Source of the DNA: an uncultured Pseudomonadota bacterium
GTDB taxonomy: Bacteria > Pseudomonadota > Alphaproteobacteria > RF32 > CAG-239
Length of the DNA: 64,000 nt
Reading direction: 5' to 3'
NCBI GenBank assembly: GCA_902788365.1
Contig: CADAJN010000001.1
Span: forward strand, 26,020 to 90,019
A program made the translations under genes and the position numbers. Shown piece after piece: positions 59,151-64,000 of the stretch (position 1 is its first letter; every line of letters starts with the position of its first letter). Below the pieces are notes generated by a model, which did no database searches, was not told where the DNA came from, and saw only the letters and a program-made list of their open reading frames with translations.

Positions 59151-59810
59151 ATGTTTAATGCAAAATTTTCACTGTTTTCCGGCGCACATGAACTGGAACA
59201 AAAAATTGATGAAATGCACGATCAAGTGTTGGAAAGCTCTCTTTATTTTAAAGAAGCTTTTGAAATATATTTGCAAGAAGGGCGCAGCCAAAATTATCGC
59301 CGTGCCAGCAAAAAGATTAAAAACATAGAAGCTAAAGCCGATGATTTGCGACGCGAAATTGAAAGCCGCTTATATATCAGAAATTTGATTCCGGATTTGC
59401 GCGCCGATGTTTTGATGTTGGTGGAAAATATTGATAAAGTCATTAACGAATTTGATGAAGTGGCGCACAAGTTTTATATTGAGCAGCCGGAAATTCCAAC
59501 CGATTTTCAAGCCAAATTTCGGCTTTTGGTAAAACAAGTTTGCGAATGTTCCGAAAATATGGTGATTTGCTCACGCGCCTTTTTCCGCGATTTTGCAACC
59601 GTGCGTGACTATTCACGCAAAGTCTATTTTTTGGAACATGAAAGTGATAAAACCTGGGCAGCTCTTAAACAAGACGTTTTTGATTCGGATATGGAATTGG
59701 CGCACAAAATTCAGCTGAACACCCTTATTGAAGATTTGGCCGATGTCGCCGATAAGGCCGAAGATTGCATTGATGCCGTGTTAATTTTCACCATTAAAAG
59801 AGATATCTGA
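59151..59810 (+). CDS. DUF47 / TIGR00153 (PhoU-like) protein partnered with Pit
   Basis: 219-aa helical protein immediately upstream of, and translationally coupled (TGATG) to, a PiT transporter. Confidence 0.65.
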   Translation: MFNAKFSLFSGAHELEQKIDEMHDQVLESSLYFKEAFEIYLQEGRSQNYRRASKKIKNIEAKADDLRREIESRLYIRNLIPDLRADVLMLVENIDKVINEFDEVAHKFYIEQPEIPTDFQAKFRLLVKQVCECSENMVICSRAFFRDFATVRDYSRKVYFLEHESDKTWAALKQDVFDSDMELAHKIQLNTLIEDLADVADKAEDCIDAVLIFTIKRDI

Positions 59811-60865
59811 TGGATTTGAGCTATTTATTTTTCCTCAGCAGCGGTTTATTTTTAGGCTGGTCGCTCGGTGCCAATGATGCCGCCAATATTTTCGGCACGG
59901 CGGTCGGTTCCAAAATGGTGCGATTTCGCACGATTGCCATGGTGGCTGCCGTATTTGTGATTTTGGGTGCTGTGTTCGGCGGTGCCGGAACCAGTGAAAC
60001 ATTAGGCGCACTCGGTGCAGTTAACGCATTAGCCGGTGCTTTTATGGTGGCTTTATCGGCGGCATTGGCCGTTTATTTTGTTCTGCGCATGGGGGTAACG
60101 GTTTCTACCTCTCAAGCCATTGTCGGTGCCATTATCGGCTGGAACTTATATGCCGGAAAACCTACCGATTATGAAACATTGGCCGAAATTTGCCTGACAT
60201 GGATTATTTGCCCGCTGATTTCCGGTGTGGTTGCGGTTATTTTGTATTTTATCATTAAAAAATTGCTCAAATATTCCAGTATGCACCTTTTAATACTTGA
60301 TCAACTGACGCGCACCGGTTTGATTCTGACTGCGGCGCTCGGGGCATACGCTTTGGGCGCCAACAATATCGCCAATGTGGTCGGGGTTTTTGTGCCTTCA
60401 AGTCCGTTTAAGCCGGTGCACATCGGTTCGGTGCTGACCTTAAATCCTCAGCAGGTGTTGTTTTTGCTCGGTTCGCTGGCCATCGGCGCCGGTATTTTGA
60501 CTTATTCCAAAAAAGTGATTATGCGCCTTGGCAACAGCTTAATGCGTATGACACCGATGTTGGCACTGATTGTGGTTTTAGCACAAGCCATTGTTTTGTT
60601 GCTCTTTTCTTCGGTCAGTTTACATAACTGGCTGATTGCACACTCATTGCCGGCATTGCCTTTGGTGCCTGTTTCAAGCACACAAGCTGTCATCGGCGCC
60701 ATTGTCGGATTAGGTTTAGCCAAGGGCGGACGCACCATTGACTGGGGAATTATCGGCAAAATTACGGTGGGTTGGGTTGCCGCACCGCTAATGGCTCTCG
60801 GTATTTGTTTTGTCAGCTTATTTTTCTTGGCAAACGTATTTAATCAGACGGTTTATCTGCCGTAA
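59810..60865 (+). CDS. pit: inorganic phosphate transporter, PiT family
   Basis: GANDAANIFGTAVGS signature and a second GANNIANVVG repeat. Ten or more TM segments. Confidence 0.8.
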   Translation: MDLSYLFFLSSGLFLGWSLGANDAANIFGTAVGSKMVRFRTIAMVAAVFVILGAVFGGAGTSETLGALGAVNALAGAFMVALSAALAVYFVLRMGVTVSTSQAIVGAIIGWNLYAGKPTDYETLAEICLTWIICPLISGVVAVILYFIIKKLLKYSSMHLLILDQLTRTGLILTAALGAYALGANNIANVVGVFVPSSPFKPVHIGSVLTLNPQQVLFLLGSLAIGAGILTYSKKVIMRLGNSLMRMTPMLALIVVLAQAIVLLLFSSVSLHNWLIAHSLPALPLVPVSSTQAVIGAIVGLGLAKGGRTIDWGIIGKITVGWVAAPLMALGICFVSLFFLANVFNQTVYLP

Positions 60866-60877
60866 ACTTGCCACAAT

Positions 60878-61462
60878 TTAACTCCAATCATAATTAGGTA
60901 AGCGTTCAAATTTTTCTTTCAACGCCTGATAGGCGGCAGATATGCGTTTAAACTTTTCTTCGGCATCAACATCTTCTTTATTGATATCGGGATGATATTT
61001 TTTAGCCAGTTTTTTATATTGTGTTTTCAGCGAATCCGGTGTGATGTCACGAATATTCATTTCAAGGGTTTTAATATGGCGTCGCTCTTCCAGCGTAAAA
61101 TAAATGCCGTCGCGGGAATATTCCTGATTGGAATCGGTGTTATTACCGTAGCCGGAATCAAAAAAAGCCGCCTCGTCCCACAAATCGTAACCAAACTGAT
61201 AATGAACTTTTGAGGAGAATCCGCCGCGAAAGTGCATTTTGCGTTTTATTTCCTCGGCTTCTTCTTCCAGCCCTTCATCAGCATAATAGTTCCATTTGGC
61301 ATTATATTCCTGCACATGCTTAAGGCAAAACCAATAATACTCTTTTAAGCGTCGGTCTTTCGGTGCGCGATATTCGCCTTTTTCAGTGCACCCCGGATGG
61401 TCACAAGTGTGTGCAACTCGGTCATTTTGCGGGGCATAATATTTTTTAGTGCGTTTAGTCAT
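60878..61462 (-). CDS. J-domain protein with N-terminal Cys/His cluster
   Basis: C-terminal J domain (…YKKLAKKYHPDIN). N-terminal CDHPGC…CLKH cluster. Confidence 0.55.
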   Translation of the reverse strand: MTKRTKKYYAPQNDRVAHTCDHPGCTEKGEYRAPKDRRLKEYYWFCLKHVQEYNAKWNYYADEGLEEEAEEIKRKMHFRGGFSSKVHYQFGYDLWDEAAFFDSGYGNNTDSNQEYSRDGIYFTLEERRHIKTLEMNIRDITPDSLKTQYKKLAKKYHPDINKEDVDAEEKFKRISAAYQALKEKFERLPNYDWS

Positions 61463-61573
61463 TTTTTCGTTACTTTTTCAAAAACGTTTTATTTTAACGC
61501 TGTTTATAAATCATGGCAAGTCATTTGCAAACAAATTTTTTGTTTATTATAATTATGGTAAAGGAGATTTTAA

Positions 61574-62416
61574 ATGCCGGAATTGCCTGAAGTTGAAACC
61601 ATTAAACGCGCCGTTGAAGCAGCCCTGAAAGAGGCTGTGATTGAACGTGTTACGGTAAAACAACCGTGCTTGCGGCAAAATATTCCGACTGACTTTGCCA
61701 AGCAAATTACCGGTGCACGAATCCGCACTTTTGAACGCAAGGCCAAATATATGTTAATGCATCTTGATAATGGCAAAACCGTGATTTGGCATTTTGGTAT
61801 GAGCGGCAAAATTAAAATAGAATCCGCTACAACACCGAATGAACCGCAAAAGCATGACCATGTGATTTTGGAAACTTCTAAAGGCCGGCTGATTTATAAT
61901 GATCCGCGCCGCTTCGGACTTATTGCACTGTGTGATACCACAAATTGGCGCAAAAATCCGTTGTTTATAAACCTTGGTCCGGATCCGTGGGACGAATCGT
62001 TTTCGCCGGATTATTTGGCCGCTAAATTGGCACACAAAAAAACAACCATTAAAGTTGCTCTTTTAGATCAAACTATTGTCTGTGGAATCGGTAATATTTA
62101 TGCTTCGGAAATTTTATATTTGGCGCGAATCCGTCCCGACAGAACTGCCGAATCCATATCGGCAACCGAGATTAAACGGTTAATAAAACTAACGCGGCAA
62201 GTGTTGCAACAAGCCATAGAAGCCGGCGGTTCCAGCATTCATGATTATGTTCACCCCGACGGCGATATCGGGTATTTTCAAGAAAGTCATTGTGTTTATA
62301 ACAAAATCGGGTTACGCTGTCCGCAGTGCAGATGCAATTTTGCAAAAACCGGCGGCATAAAAAAAATCGTTTTGGGCGGCCGCTCAACGTTTTATTGCGA
62401 CACCTTGCAAAAGTAG
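61574..62416 (+). CDS. mutM: formamidopyrimidine-DNA glycosylase
   Basis: MPELPEVE N-terminus and C-terminal CPQCRC…GGRSTFYC zinc finger. Confidence 0.85.
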   Translation: MPELPEVETIKRAVEAALKEAVIERVTVKQPCLRQNIPTDFAKQITGARIRTFERKAKYMLMHLDNGKTVIWHFGMSGKIKIESATTPNEPQKHDHVILETSKGRLIYNDPRRFGLIALCDTTNWRKNPLFINLGPDPWDESFSPDYLAAKLAHKKTTIKVALLDQTIVCGIGNIYASEILYLARIRPDRTAESISATEIKRLIKLTRQVLQQAIEAGGSSIHDYVHPDGDIGYFQESHCVYNKIGLRCPQCRCNFAKTGGIKKIVLGGRSTFYCDTLQK

Positions 62417-62428
62417 GAGATTAACAAA

Positions 62429-62812
62429 ATGTCAAAGTATATTTTAATGTTTGTTTTTATGCTGGGAATCGGCTGTTTACGGGCCGCCGAACAGCCGACG
62501 ACTTTTATTGAAGGCATGGACGACGTGCCGTTGCCGCAAGGAATGTCACAAATTACGCAGGACGATTTTTCGTTCGGTAACGAAGAAACGCGTTTGTTGG
62601 AAGCTTATTTGACACCTGCGGCAAAACAAACAAAAACTTCTTTTGCAAAAATCGGCGATTTTTATAAAGAATCGTTACCGCAGTTAGGGTGGATATATCA
62701 AGGGAATCGCGGCAATGACTTGATTTTCTATCGTGAAGGTGAAACGCTGGAAGTGGTTAAAGAAAGCCACCAACCGCTATTGGTGCGGATTACGGTAAAA
62801 ACCAAGCCGTAG
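62429..62812 (+). CDS. small secreted/lipoprotein, unknown function
   Basis: MSKYILMFVFMLGIGC signal/lipobox. 127 aa. Confidence 0.4.
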   Translation: MSKYILMFVFMLGIGCLRAAEQPTTFIEGMDDVPLPQGMSQITQDDFSFGNEETRLLEAYLTPAAKQTKTSFAKIGDFYKESLPQLGWIYQGNRGNDLIFYREGETLEVVKESHQPLLVRITVKTKP

Positions 62813-62863
62813 GCTCTTAAAACGCAAAAAACGGTAAAAAATAAAAAAAATGTAAAAATTTTG

Positions 62864-62892
62864 TTGACTTATACCCCTTGTGGTGTTTATAA
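62864..62892 (+). promoter_or_regulatory. sigma70-type promoter of rpsT
   Basis: TTGACT (62864-62869), 17-nt spacer, TTATAA (62887-62892), lying 55 nt upstream of the rpsT ATG. Confidence 0.4.
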
Positions 62893-62947
62893 CATCTAGC
62901 AGAATAAAATTTGTTTTAACAATATATATAGAATAGGAATAAATAAT

Positions 62948-63208
62948 ATGGCCAATCATAAATCGGCAAAAACAAGAATAGTTAGAAATAATAAGCGTGC
63001 CATGATTAACGGTGCACGCCGCAGCCGTGTCAGAACTTTTGTAAAAAAGGTTGACGCTTTAATCAATGCCAACGATAAAGAAGCAGCTACTGCTGCTTTG
63101 CGCGTTGCCGAATGCGAAATGATGCGCGCGGCTCAAAAAGGCGTGTTCCATAAAAACACTGCTTCACGCACTATTTCTCGTTTGGCACAAAAAATTAAAG
63201 CTCTCTAA
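62948..63208 (+). CDS. rpsT: 30S ribosomal protein S20
   Basis: [11 protein letters not shown]…[14 protein letters not shown] signature. Confidence 0.85.
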   Translation: MANHKSAKTRIVRNNKRAMINGARRSRVRTFVKKVDALINANDKEAATAALRVAECEMMRAAQKGVFHKNTASRTISRLAQKIKAL

Positions 63209-63752
63209 TTTTTTATAGAGAATTTACATTTATTTTTCTTTAAACGCAGATTGTTTCCTTGCAGGATTCAGTGTGCGTTTTTTTGTGATAAAATATGCCC
63301 AAATACCGCGACTCTGCAAGAATCCGTTGTCAAGAAAATTAATTACAATGTTCGCAAAAAGTTCTATTGAATTTTGTTTTTTTCCTGTTAACAATTTATT
63401 CATAATTCAACTTTGGAAAAAATGTTTTTTGGAAACTTTAAATGACTGTAAATTGAAATCTGTATTTATATAATTGGTATTTTTACTTTATTATATAGTC
63501 GGCTTTTGTGGTTTTTAACAAGTTTCAAAACATAAACAGGTTGAGCGAATTGGGCAGATGAAAAACGATTTTTAAGTCGTGATATTTTGTTGGGCTGACA
63601 GATAATGGAAATTTATCTTATCAAGCCGATAGAAACGGTTTAGTTATCGTGACATCTTTTGGTTAAATGAGTTCCGGCGTGTGAACAAATATTTGAACAT
63701 AAAATATTTTGAGCACCAAAGAACAAATATATTATGAAACAGGAAAGAAAAA
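63209..63752. promoter_or_regulatory. candidate replication origin / dnaA control region
   Basis: 544-bp AT-rich non-coding spacer directly upstream of dnaA. Several imperfect DnaA-box-like 9-mers (tgtgataaa, ttatcgtga, tgtgaacaa) and a TTAA-N7-TAAA element. Confidence 0.3.
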
Positions 63753-64000
63753 TGGCTGAAGAAGCAAGATATAATGAAGACTTATCTATTCATAACCAAT
63801 GGGATGAAATTTGTAATCAATTAAAAATGGAATTCGGCGTTACCGCTTTTGACAGCTGGCTTAAACCGCTCAGTGTCAGTTCTTTTGATAACGGTGTAAT
63901 GCGAATCTGCGCACCGACAGCATTCATGAAAAACTGGGTGATTGCGCACTATTCCGATCGTATTCATAAGATTTGGGAGCATAAGAATCCGGATATTCGC
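63753..64000 (+). CDS. dnaA: chromosomal replication initiator DnaA (5' partial; continues beyond window)
   Basis: MAEEARYNEDLSIHNQWDEICNQLKMEFGVTAFDSWLKPL… matches DnaA domain I. Confidence 0.85.

Noticed and set aside
59151-60865. DUF47 + PiT gene pair as a possible novel two-gene system
   Set aside because: This pairing is a well-known conserved arrangement (PhoU-like DUF47 with a PiT phosphate transporter). It is annotated but not novel.

Overview
This ~64 kb window (about 40% GC) reads as a chromosomal segment of a low-GC alphaproteobacterium. The evidence is chpT, trmFO, an S16 with an Ala-rich C-terminal tail, gpmI-M23 peptidase-ctpA-rppH synteny, and rpsT immediately upstream of dnaA. 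These are recollected family features, not searched. The window ends in the 5' end of dnaA, so the last 0.5 kb is a candidate oriC. Housekeeping content: prfB with its programmed +1 frameshift, mrcA (PBP1A), an AmiC-like amidase, rne, a BepA-like M48 protease, gpmI, an EnvC-like M23 peptidase, ctpA, rppH, rplS-trmD-rimM-rpsP-ffh, dsbD, cca, dnaJ, slyX, dsbA, a DUF47-Pit pair, mutM and rpsT. Accessory or unusual content: (1) a ~5.4 kb island (10.2-15.6 kb) with clearly higher GC (about 50-57%), different codon usage, its own terminators, and Bacteroidota-style surface lipoproteins, including a 1306-aa lipoprotein with three internal ~100-aa repeats. This is either horizontal transfer or an assembly chimera. 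(2) Three convergent intergenic regions (rppH/rplS, dnaJ/slyX, Lon-like/GT2) filled with two families of structured, partly tandem repeats (128-bp and 104-bp units) that share motifs and occur in the same order at two loci. (3) A candidate ~240-nt sRNA with its own promoter and intrinsic terminator. (4) A membrane-anchored cluster of a 734-aa MORN/YwqK-repeat protein and two TM-TPR proteins beside a Walker-A-containing Lon-like protease. (5) A signal-less protein made of two tandem M15A peptidase domains. (6) Two adjacent squalene/phytoene-synthase-family paralogues with eroded Asp-rich motifs. (7) An OmpR-type regulator lacking the phospho-acceptor Asp. No CRISPR array, tRNA or rRNA was recognised. 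All functional calls come from motif recognition by eye and none was checked against a database.
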